A program made the translations under genes and the position numbers. From a virus, in IMG/VR virus record IMGVR_UViG_3300034374_005671, positions 1 to 64,000 of that record: 64,000 nucleotides of DNA. One strand, 5' to 3'. The first letter of the stretch is position 1. Each line of letters begins with the position of its first letter. Positions 26,844 to 35,829 of the stretch are shown piece by piece. The notes beneath the pieces are model-generated. The model was not told where the DNA came from. It was given only the letters and a program-made list of their open reading frames with translations, and made no database searches.

Positions 26844-29333
26844 ATGTACAGGAACTTTACTAATAAAAGAAAATTTCAAGATGCTAACTCTATTGGCGCA
26901 GAGGGGACTGTGCAGAATATACCTATTGCTGATGTTAACTTCGATGATAATTACATAGAGCAATTAGAAAGCACTTTACCTCAAGATAATATTGATTTAA
27001 AGTTTGAAGACCTTTCTTTTTCTGCACAACAAGACCCTTACATGCGGCAATACTATGGTATCACGGAAGGTACAACATATAATCCTCCGTCAGGCATGCA
27101 ACCTGCAGGTCCTCCTCAAGCTTCAACACCAGACATGAAGCCTGTAACATTAGGACAAAAAGTTAGGAATAACACGATAAATAGGCTACAAAAAAGGTTA
27201 TCTAATATTGAAGAAGGCAGAGAGAATAAAATAGCTAAGGCTGTAGATTTATTAGGTTTAGGAAATATAGGCACAGCAGGCGGGTATATGCAAGCTTTTA
27301 CTGATTTACCCGAAAGAGCTTTCGCTAGAGCAGGGTACAATATGGAGCAAGGACCTAGAGGTAAAGCTAGAGCACTAGGAAACATAATAGAGGCCAGTAC
27401 AGGGTTGGGAGGAGCTTTTTTGCAAGGGCTTGGTTCTTTTAAAAAGACAAAACCCATGACAGAAGAAGAGTACATCGCAGCTAAAAAAGCAGAGCAAGCC
27501 AAGAAAAACAATACTGTCATGATTGGCGATACCCGCTACACCTTAGTAGAAGATAGCGAGGGTAGAATGACAATTGGACCTGAATACCAAGAAACCGAAA
27601 CTATGAAAATGGGGGGACGAATGGGCCCTAAAGTTATTAAGAATCAAGATTTCTATACAAGACTAGATGAGGCAACTAAAGGAGTGAATCAGTCAGGGAC
27701 TAGGAACACAGCTACACGTTCTGGAGTTGGAGAGCAATATAGCCTTGACCTGTCTACTGTTTTTCAAAGCCCTCAAGATTTGGTGGATTATTATGGCATG
27801 AGCAGTCTTACAAGTGACCCTAAATCTACTTACTATGTTAACCCAGAAAGGGCAAAAAGAATGTATGAATTAGTCACAGGGTCAGGTAAAATAAACCCTG
27901 CTGAACTTCACATGATTATGCAGGCTAGAGGATTAGATTCAGAAGGTTATGAAAATTTAACCAATGCCCAAGTGATGGATGCTATTAATAAGGTTAATGA
28001 GCATATGCCTGGAACATATCAGGCTGGGCCTCAAGGAGGGTTTAGCGGTGAACAAAATTTAGCTGCTGTTCAAACTGCTTTAGACCATTACGGGGGCGTA
28101 AGAAGAGCTTATGGAGTACCTTTTACCCCAGGCCAAACAGCTGAAGAAAGATTTAGCGAACTGTATTATGAAGATTATATGGCTAGTAATCCCAATACAC
28201 CTGAAGGTAATATTGTCAAGTTAGACGGAGGAATGGGAGGTGTTATGCGCTTACAGAATGCCAGCCCTACTATGTTTAATCCTTTTGCAATTCAAACACC
28301 AAGCATCCAACCTTTCACAATGGAACAAGTAGATGCTGATTTTGCAAATGTACCAGAGCCTTCACCATTCATGACTGATTTTGATATGGATGGTATTTCT
28401 GATTATATAGATATTGATGCAGGTGAAGGTACCAATCAAGCTTTACCAGGAGTATTAGGAGGACCATCGATTGCTACCCCCACACCTACAGACTTTTCCT
28501 ACTCTGATGCAAGTAGCCCTGTAGACATGACTACTGATTCCGATGGGGATGGTATTCCTGATTATCAAGATGATTTTGATAATTCTATAGTGTCTGAAGA
28601 GGAAAGACAGAAAGACATAGCCAAAAAACAAAATTCTCTGTTTGGCATGGCAGCATCTTTAGGTTCTGCGGTAGGCTCCGATGATTTAACTTCTCGAGCA
28701 GCTCGTGCAGGTCTAATGGCAGGCCGCTTACTACAAGGAGAAAGCCCTTTAGCATCAACCATAGGGTTGGGAGCAGGGTTAGGTTCGGTTGGATTTGGAG
28801 CTGCAAGGACAATGAAAGGAGCTAGGGCAGAAGCTATCGCCACTGCAGATGCAAGAAAAAGAGCTGCAGAAAGATTAAGACAAGGGATTATGACAGGGGG
28901 TACAAAAGGCAGAGACGTAGCATCCCTAGAATCATATCTACAAAGTTCTACCTACGACCCTATGGCAACAGAGTTTGGCCAAGATGGTATGATGATGGGG
29001 GGTAATAAAGGAGGAATGGCACAAGGTGGCAACCAAGGTACTCCTCCTCCCAAAGGAGTTGTGATTGGACGAAATACTGCCAAGTACTTCCAAAAACCAC
29101 AACTACCTGTTTCACCTAACGGTTTGGTAGAATATCCTAATCAAATGGTTAATGTACCTACAACAGGTACTATAACTATGAATGAAGAAAAAGCAGGTGG
29201 ACCACTACCTGAGTATGTTTTAGCTGTGCCTAACGGAGATACACCAGTCATAATGCAAAATGGTTACGACTATGATTTCCCTAATAGTGACATGGTAACA
29301 GAGATACCCTTAAATCAAGCATTGTATGTCTAA
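26844..29333 (+). CDS. Modular putative cargo protein with Gly/Ala hydrophobic helices and TSP3-like Ca-binding motifs
   Basis: 829 aa; DFDMDGISD and DSDGDGIPD; xxGG motifs. Confidence 0.55.
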   Translation: MYRNFTNKRKFQDANSIGAEGTVQNIPIADVNFDDNYIEQLESTLPQDNIDLKFEDLSFSAQQDPYMRQYYGITEGTTYNPPSGMQPAGPPQASTPDMKPVTLGQKVRNNTINRLQKRLSNIEEGRENKIAKAVDLLGLGNIGTAGGYMQAFTDLPERAFARAGYNMEQGPRGKARALGNIIEASTGLGGAFLQGLGSFKKTKPMTEEEYIAAKKAEQAKKNNTVMIGDTRYTLVEDSEGRMTIGPEYQETETMKMGGRMGPKVIKNQDFYTRLDEATKGVNQSGTRNTATRSGVGEQYSLDLSTVFQSPQDLVDYYGMSSLTSDPKSTYYVNPERAKRMYELVTGSGKINPAELHMIMQARGLDSEGYENLTNAQVMDAINKVNEHMPGTYQAGPQGGFSGEQNLAAVQTALDHYGGVRRAYGVPFTPGQTAEERFSELYYEDYMASNPNTPEGNIVKLDGGMGGVMRLQNASPTMFNPFAIQTPSIQPFTMEQVDADFANVPEPSPFMTDFDMDGISDYIDIDAGEGTNQALPGVLGGPSIATPTPTDFSYSDASSPVDMTTDSDGDGIPDYQDDFDNSIVSEEERQKDIAKKQNSLFGMAASLGSAVGSDDLTSRAARAGLMAGRLLQGESPLASTIGLGAGLGSVGFGAARTMKGARAEAIATADARKRAAERLRQGIMTGGTKGRDVASLESYLQSSTYDPMATEFGQDGMMMGGNKGGMAQGGNQGTPPPKGVVIGRNTAKYFQKPQLPVSPNGLVEYPNQMVNVPTTGTITMNEEKAGGPLPEYVLAVPNGDTPVIMQNGYDYDFPNSDMVTEIPLNQALYV

Positions 29334-32300
29334 AAGTATCTTTGACAGAAACCCTTTAACTGAAATGTTCTCTTCTATAGAAGAAGCAATGAGATGTGCT
29401 GATTCTATGGAGTTAAAGAATATGTTAAGAAACTCATTTAAAAATATAACAACAGACCCTATATTAGGTAAACCGAATAAATCTAAACAATCAATGTCAA
29501 TCACAATAATTGCAGGTGATGACCTTAATAAATTAAATAATATAAACACACTGGAAAACGGAGGAAAAATGAAAAAGTTTAAATACACAGGTAGATATGC
29601 TGATGGTGGTAAAAATTTGAAGCCAATCCCAGCAGACAACAAAGGACTTCAGGCTCTTGCCAAGAAGAATCCTAAGTTAGTTATGGACATGGGATTCAAT
29701 CCTAACAGCGTAGCAGCTAAAACTAAAGGTAAAAAGAAAGGACCTAAAGTTTCTAAGAATCAAGATGTTGAAAGAGTACCTGAGACTGCACGTATAGGTG
29801 ATGACATGAGTAGCATGAACGCTCTTAAAAGACTTTATTATGATTATCTAGCTGGAGAGGGAGCTCAAACTGATAGAGTAATACAGGCTGGAAGGATATT
29901 CCCGTTTGGTCAAATTTTTCAAGCTGCTGAGGGTATAACAGATATAATATATCCTTTTCTGACTGATGAGAGTCAAGCAAAGGAGGACAAACGTAGAGCC
30001 ATCCAGCAAGAAGCTACTGAAGACTTAGAAGAATACAAACAATATTTAAAAGACAAGGGACTATACAAAACACCTTTTGAAACTGTAAAAGGCTTTTTCG
30101 GTTTTCAAAACGGAGGAATGGGACCTAAAGTTCCTAAGAATCAAGGTGGAAGATTAGTTGTACCAGGATTTACTGGTGGTATGATTGACCCAACCACAGG
30201 AGAAAGAGTACCTATGCTTGAGGATTATGTCAGAAAAGGTATGCAGTATTTCATGGGAGATACTACAGCTAACCCACCTAAGTTTCAAAATGCAGACCCC
30301 ACTATCGTACCTTCTGTTACAAACTTAGATGAGACAGTTGTAACTGCTTATCCAAATGAAGGAGAGATGGGAGTACTCAACACCACAATTTATACGCCAC
30401 AAAATGTCTCTAAGAAACAGCTGAGACAGATGAATAGAAATAATGCAGCTCAGGCTATGATGTCAGGAGAGCCTCTTTCTTACGCAGAACTTGCAGCTAT
30501 GTACGGACCGAGAAAAGCTTCTAGAATCATTGCATCGGGAGCAGGTGCTTCAAATTTCAATCAAAATATAAGCGGTGTATCTAGTGCAAATGCAGACGTA
30601 GGGGATGTAACCTCAACTTCAGAAGTAGGAAATGTAAGTTCATCTTCAGTTTCAGATTCTTCAGGAAACGCTATGGACATGCAAGGTGCTAACATTGGTT
30701 CAGGCGTAATGGACAACTCGCAGATGGTAACTAACCAAAACGGTGGAAGAATGACTCCTAACCTTGGAGGATACCCTGACATCCCTTACTTATTTGGATA
30801 TCAGATAGGAGGAATGGTACCTGGTTATCAGAATGCTGCCCCATCCATCAGAAATTTCCCAAGTAGTATTGAAGGATTTCCTAATTTTCAAATGCCTGTA
30901 GCTGGCTCTCCTTCCGAAGGAGGTACCACTGAATTTATGAATTCAGACCAAAGTGTAATGTATAATGAGCGAGCGTGGGTAGAAATGCTTCAGAATCTAG
31001 GTGTTGATGCTGAACAACTATTAGCAGGAGGTGGAGCAAATTTACCTGCATTTTTAGATAAAATGGCTCCTCAATTAAGAAACCAAGTAACTGGTATACT
31101 AGAGGGCGCAGGCATTTCAGTTCCTCAGAGTAATGCACAACTAATTTCAGGCTTTAAGAATTTGCTACAGGAGAACCCTCAAATATTATCTGAGCTTAAA
31201 AAATTAGAGAATATAAGCATGGAGGATGTTATGAATTTGGGTACTGAAGCTCTAGGGGAGCAGGGTATGCAAGGATTATTAGGCATAATCAACAATCCAT
31301 TCTTTAAAAAACTTGAAGGACAAGCACTACAATTTGGACAAGCTATGCAAGGCTCAAAAGAAGTGCAAGATTTACTTGGTCTAATAAATAAGGCTCGAGA
31401 TGTGTATGACGAGGTAAGTTCACAGCCCTCTACTGCTCCAACAACTGGTGGTAGTGCGCCTGCTGCAGGTGATGAAAGCACAGCTGAGGTTGCTACTGCA
31501 GAAGACAATAAAGATAGGTCAAACTATCCTTATAAAGTATTTAAGAATGTTGGTCTTGACATAAAAGACTTCCAAAAAGGTCAATATTCTGACCGTTCTG
31601 CTGATAGCAATAGAGAACTTAGAAGACTTTTACAAGAACATTTAGCTGCAGGAGGCTCACCTGAAACATTTAGTGTCAGACAGACAGCTGAAACTGCTGA
31701 TATTGAAGAGGCTAAAAGGAAATTAATGGAGAACATTACTACAGTTCCAGTTGAATTCGAGGACATTGTGCCTGAAGATGAACTAGAGAAAGTCAGCCTG
31801 AGCGAAGAACAAACGGTCCCAACGTCTCGTAGACAAAATAGACGAGCCAATAGACTTGAGAAGCTTGAAGGCAGACTGGAAAGAACTCAACAAAGAACGG
31901 CAGATAGACAAGCTAGAAGAGACGACAGGCAGCAAAGAAGAGCAGATAATCAGGCGGTTAGAAGCAATCAAATGCAGCAAATAAAAGACCTTAGAGAGCA
32001 AATCCGAGCTGCTAGAGGTAATGCTATGGACGGTATGAGATATTTCCCACCTACCATAGGAGGTAATATTCCTAACGGAGGACAGATGGCACCTGCATTC
32101 AACTTTGCTCAAGACGGCATACTTACTGGTATGCGACCAAATATGATGGCACCACCTTCATATCAAAAAGGAGGCATAATGAATGTACAACCAATGCCTT
32201 ATGACCCTACCTCTCAAGATAGCACTATGCTTGGTGGAGGTACTGCTCCTATGTTCCAAGATGGCACCGATTATCTTAGGAATCTACGTGTACCAGGATA

Positions 32301-32577
32301 TACTGGGGGCATGATTAATCCAATGACAGGAGCAATCATTAGAACTCCCCAAGATATGATTAATCAGGGATTAAACTACTTTGTACCTGATTCTACTAGG
32401 GTATCACCACCTCGAAATCAAGATGGCCAAATGATGAGAGGAATTGCACCAAGTAATGAGCCTTACCACTTAGAGAAATTAGGGATTGCACCAGTGGGTG
32501 GACCATCTTTGAGACCAACTCCACTAGGCCAAATGATGAGACCTATGCCTCTTAATAGAATTCAAAGATTACGCTAA
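29326..32577 (+). CDS. Modular low-complexity putative cargo protein, densest in QxGG motifs
   Basis: 1083 aa, Met/Gly/Gln/Pro-rich; internal duplication VPG[FY]TGGMI[DN]P. Confidence 0.55.
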   Translation: MSKSIFDRNPLTEMFSSIEEAMRCADSMELKNMLRNSFKNITTDPILGKPNKSKQSMSITIIAGDDLNKLNNINTLENGGKMKKFKYTGRYADGGKNLKPIPADNKGLQALAKKNPKLVMDMGFNPNSVAAKTKGKKKGPKVSKNQDVERVPETARIGDDMSSMNALKRLYYDYLAGEGAQTDRVIQAGRIFPFGQIFQAAEGITDIIYPFLTDESQAKEDKRRAIQQEATEDLEEYKQYLKDKGLYKTPFETVKGFFGFQNGGMGPKVPKNQGGRLVVPGFTGGMIDPTTGERVPMLEDYVRKGMQYFMGDTTANPPKFQNADPTIVPSVTNLDETVVTAYPNEGEMGVLNTTIYTPQNVSKKQLRQMNRNNAAQAMMSGEPLSYAELAAMYGPRKASRIIASGAGASNFNQNISGVSSANADVGDVTSTSEVGNVSSSSVSDSSGNAMDMQGANIGSGVMDNSQMVTNQNGGRMTPNLGGYPDIPYLFGYQIGGMVPGYQNAAPSIRNFPSSIEGFPNFQMPVAGSPSEGGTTEFMNSDQSVMYNERAWVEMLQNLGVDAEQLLAGGGANLPAFLDKMAPQLRNQVTGILEGAGISVPQSNAQLISGFKNLLQENPQILSELKKLENISMEDVMNLGTEALGEQGMQGLLGIINNPFFKKLEGQALQFGQAMQGSKEVQDLLGLINKARDVYDEVSSQPSTAPTTGGSAPAAGDESTAEVATAEDNKDRSNYPYKVFKNVGLDIKDFQKGQYSDRSADSNRELRRLLQEHLAAGGSPETFSVRQTAETADIEEAKRKLMENITTVPVEFEDIVPEDELEKVSLSEEQTVPTSRRQNRRANRLEKLEGRLERTQQRTADRQARRDDRQQRRADNQAVRSNQMQQIKDLREQIRAARGNAMDGMRYFPPTIGGNIPNGGQMAPAFNFAQDGILTGMRPNMMAPPSYQKGGIMNVQPMPYDPTSQDSTMLGGGTAPMFQDGTDYLRNLRVPGYTGGMINPMTGAIIRTPQDMINQGLNYFVPDSTRVSPPRNQDGQMMRGIAPSNEPYHLEKLGIAPVGGPSLRPTPLGQMMRPMPLNRIQRLR

Positions 32578-32596
32578 TATATCTCAATACTAAAGT

Positions 32597-35500
32597 ATGA
32601 ATTTTTATAATCTTGACTTACTTTCTAATTACCAAGATGGCGGTAATACTAAGATAGAAGAACAGGTATCAGGTAGATACGTGAAGGGTGTTGCAAAACC
32701 TGAACAGCATGATGTTAATGCTGAGGTTGAGAAAAATGAATTTATACAGTATCCTGATAGAGAGATATCCCAAGTAGACCCAAAAGGTAAATCACACGCT
32801 CAAGGGGGAGAATTTATGAATCTTCCCCCTGAAACTAAAATTTTATCCGATAATATTAAGATTGGTAAAGAATTACGTGATAGATTAGAGGATATGTTTG
32901 GCGTAACTCTAAAAACATCTGATACTATTGCTAAGGCAATGGAGAAAGTAAGGAAGAGTATAGGAATGGAATCCATCCTTGTTCGAATGGAACAATACCT
33001 TAAAAAGATAAAAGAAAATAATAAGGTAAAAGACAAGGACACTAAAAGAGTCAATGAGGAATACTTAGCTAATAAAATCTACGAACTAGAACAAGAGCGA
33101 AATCAAAAGAAAGAACTTGAGAATCAAGTCTTTGAGATGTTGTTTAATGTTCAAGAGACTAGAAAGCAAGCTGAACAAATGGGTGACCCGAATCATCAGA
33201 ATATCAGAAAACGTCCCCCAATAGACCAGCCTACTGAGCAAGAGATGTCTGATTATGAGCAGATGAAGGAGGCAAAACAACCTAAAAATTTGGCTAGACC
33301 AGGACAGCAAGGACCTGAGACTATGCAGGTGATGGCTGAAAATGGTGGAAGACTCATAGAGGTTTTCTTCGATGGGGGGTCTCCTTACGTGGGCAATATG
33401 AATGATATGCAAGCCTTAGAGGTTCAAGCTATGCAAGATGGTTATGATAATCTTGATGAGTTTATTTTTGGTGTTTATTCTGACGGAGGAGGTATACCAC
33501 AAAGGTATAGAAGCAAAGGATTCACCAAAGTAGGTGTAAAGAAAAGAGCACCTTCTGGAGCTAAACACAAATGGGAAGTCCTTGCACGTAAAAAAGTAGG
33601 AGGCAAAACAAGATATAAAATTGTTAAAGGTGGCTTCCGTGGGATGAAAGATTTTAAATCTCACAAAGACCCTAAGAGAAAGAAAAGATTTTGGGACAGA
33701 ATGGGGGGTAAAAACTCTCCCAAAGCAAAAGACCCATTTTCTCCTTTGTATTGGCACAAACGTTTTGGTACTTGGGAAGAAGGAGGAGTGCTAGGATATC
33801 AAAATGCTGGTGAAACAGCATCCGCATTTGCTGCAAGAATGGGTCAGGCTTGGCCTAAAGGTGTAAAAGACCCAGTATACAATGCCGATACTAAAATGTG
33901 GGAATTTGCTGATGGTACACCAGCTATTAGTAGGGGGGATGCTATGAATTTAGCAAGAGATATTAATCGAACAGGTGAGGTACCAGATGCCTATAAAGTA
34001 GCTGAAAATATAAGAAACCAGGGGGGAGTAGCATCCACACCAATTACTCCTAGTGAAGAGCAAACAGCAGCTAACCAGAACGGACCAGTTACTCAATATA
34101 ATCCAGAACCTGTAGATATAGGAGGTGTACCTCACTATGAAGTAATAGTAGATGGTAAACCTTATTTGCTTGAAGCAGGCAAAGTTTCTACCATTCAAAC
34201 AGATGATGGCTCAATATTCCGAGTAGATATGGGAGATGTAGAATCTCAAGATTTTAGTGTGGACACTAGGCAAGAAGCAGGATATAGAACAGGTTACTCA
34301 TCAAGAGGCGATGTAAAAGGTTATAGAGGGGCTGATAAGGCCGCTATTGATGCTCAAATAGCAGAACTAGAATCCGATTTAGCTCCTTTCTTGCAAGCTA
34401 TCGAAGACGGCACAGTACAAGCTGACCCTGAAACAGGCAAGTTTAATTTACCTCTTACTATTAGAGGGGGTAGCTCATCCAGACCTATGGCACTGGGGCA
34501 AACTAAGAGCCAACTTCAGTCTAGTTTTGAAAACTTAATACAATACAATCCTGAATTAGAAGGCCAAGTTGGTTTTATCCAGCCTGATGGTTCAATAGAC
34601 CCTAACAAACAGACTGGACAGGTAGCATTACCTGCAGGATTTCATAATGTATTTGGAGATGAGTTTGACCCAGGAACCATAGAAACTTTCGATTTAGATG
34701 AATTAAGTAGGGGAGGGAAAGAAGGTGAAGAAGCTCTATCTAATATTGGTAATGATGCATTAGCGTACAATAGAAACAGAACCGAGTATGAAGAGGTTCT
34801 CCTTCCTTTCCTAGAACAAAAAGGCTATGATATAGACCAATTTAATGTCTCTAACGAAATGCTACCATACAGAACTGCTGAAGAAACAGCAGCTGACTTA
34901 GGAATAGATTACGAAAAAGTACAAGCAGGAGATTTCTCTGAATTATCAGAGAGATTAGGCAGAGAGATAACCTCGGTAGAACAAGCTAAGGAATTCTTAC
35001 TTGATGCTGCTCAGTTCTCAGGGATTGGAGGGGCTTCTGAAGGAGAATTAACTTCTTTGGTATCTGAAGTAACTCCAGATGACGGAGGGATACCACCTCC
35101 TATAATTCAAGATGACCCTGTTATGGGAGGTCCTATGCTATTATCTACTCCTAGAAGACTAGGCCCTGACCCAATGATGGTTGGACCTTTCATTATGCCT
35201 GAGTACGACAGAGTATCAGCTATGAAGGTATCTCCTCAAGCGGGTTATCAAGCTAATACTAAGCAGGTTAAAGCGGGTATGGACCTATTAACTCAATCAG
35301 TTGGTTCTCAAGCGGGTGCAAATGTTGCTAATCTTTTAGGACAGTCTGCAGAAGGTATTAACCAATTGACAGCTAATACTAATCAACAAAATGCTCAATT
35401 GAAGCAACAAGCTGACCAGATGAATGCTCAAATACAGCAGGCAGAAGCTGCAGCAAGAGCACAGGCATTAGCTACCTTTGGTACAGAATCAATGACAGCA

Positions 35501-35818
35501 TACGCTAATACTTTAGCAGACAGAAGGGCTTACTTAAATATATTGGAAGAAGATAGATTAGCAAGGGATGCAGAAAGAAGACAGCTACAAATTCTTGATG
35601 CAATATACCCTCAATATACATTTGATATGTTTGGAAATGTACTTTACGACCCTTCAAGAGCAGGAGATTTCTACGTACCAGAAACTGCTTTAGCTCAACA
35701 AATATATAACCAAGGAACAGGGACAAGCGGAAGCACTGAGGCAGTAGATGAGAATTTTGATACTAGAACTATTGACGGTATCACATATCTAAGAGCACCT
35801 GATTCGTATCAGAGTTAA
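32597..35818 (+). CDS. crAss-like cargo/structural protein (NAEVE...G.SH..GG N-terminal domain)
   Basis: 1073 aa; NAEVEKNE...GKSHAQGG...ILSD motif, coiled coil, embedded basic domain, Gln/Ala-rich C-terminus. Confidence 0.6.
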   Translation: MNFYNLDLLSNYQDGGNTKIEEQVSGRYVKGVAKPEQHDVNAEVEKNEFIQYPDREISQVDPKGKSHAQGGEFMNLPPETKILSDNIKIGKELRDRLEDMFGVTLKTSDTIAKAMEKVRKSIGMESILVRMEQYLKKIKENNKVKDKDTKRVNEEYLANKIYELEQERNQKKELENQVFEMLFNVQETRKQAEQMGDPNHQNIRKRPPIDQPTEQEMSDYEQMKEAKQPKNLARPGQQGPETMQVMAENGGRLIEVFFDGGSPYVGNMNDMQALEVQAMQDGYDNLDEFIFGVYSDGGGIPQRYRSKGFTKVGVKKRAPSGAKHKWEVLARKKVGGKTRYKIVKGGFRGMKDFKSHKDPKRKKRFWDRMGGKNSPKAKDPFSPLYWHKRFGTWEEGGVLGYQNAGETASAFAARMGQAWPKGVKDPVYNADTKMWEFADGTPAISRGDAMNLARDINRTGEVPDAYKVAENIRNQGGVASTPITPSEEQTAANQNGPVTQYNPEPVDIGGVPHYEVIVDGKPYLLEAGKVSTIQTDDGSIFRVDMGDVESQDFSVDTRQEAGYRTGYSSRGDVKGYRGADKAAIDAQIAELESDLAPFLQAIEDGTVQADPETGKFNLPLTIRGGSSSRPMALGQTKSQLQSSFENLIQYNPELEGQVGFIQPDGSIDPNKQTGQVALPAGFHNVFGDEFDPGTIETFDLDELSRGGKEGEEALSNIGNDALAYNRNRTEYEEVLLPFLEQKGYDIDQFNVSNEMLPYRTAEETAADLGIDYEKVQAGDFSELSERLGREITSVEQAKEFLLDAAQFSGIGGASEGELTSLVSEVTPDDGGIPPPIIQDDPVMGGPMLLSTPRRLGPDPMMVGPFIMPEYDRVSAMKVSPQAGYQANTKQVKAGMDLLTQSVGSQAGANVANLLGQSAEGINQLTANTNQQNAQLKQQADQMNAQIQQAEAAARAQALATFGTESMTAYANTLADRRAYLNILEEDRLARDAERRQLQILDAIYPQYTFDMFGNVLYDPSRAGDFYVPETALAQQIYNQGTGTSGSTEAVDENFDTRTIDGITYLRAPDSYQS

Positions 35819-35829
35819 ACAAGTATAAA

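Noticed and set aside
28377-28391. DFDMD as the crAss-like RNA polymerase catalytic motif (DFDID-like)
   Set aside because: The context is DxDxDGIxD, repeated 50 aa later, in a low-complexity region of an 829-aa protein. It fits a TSP3-like Ca-binding repeat, not a double-psi barrel.
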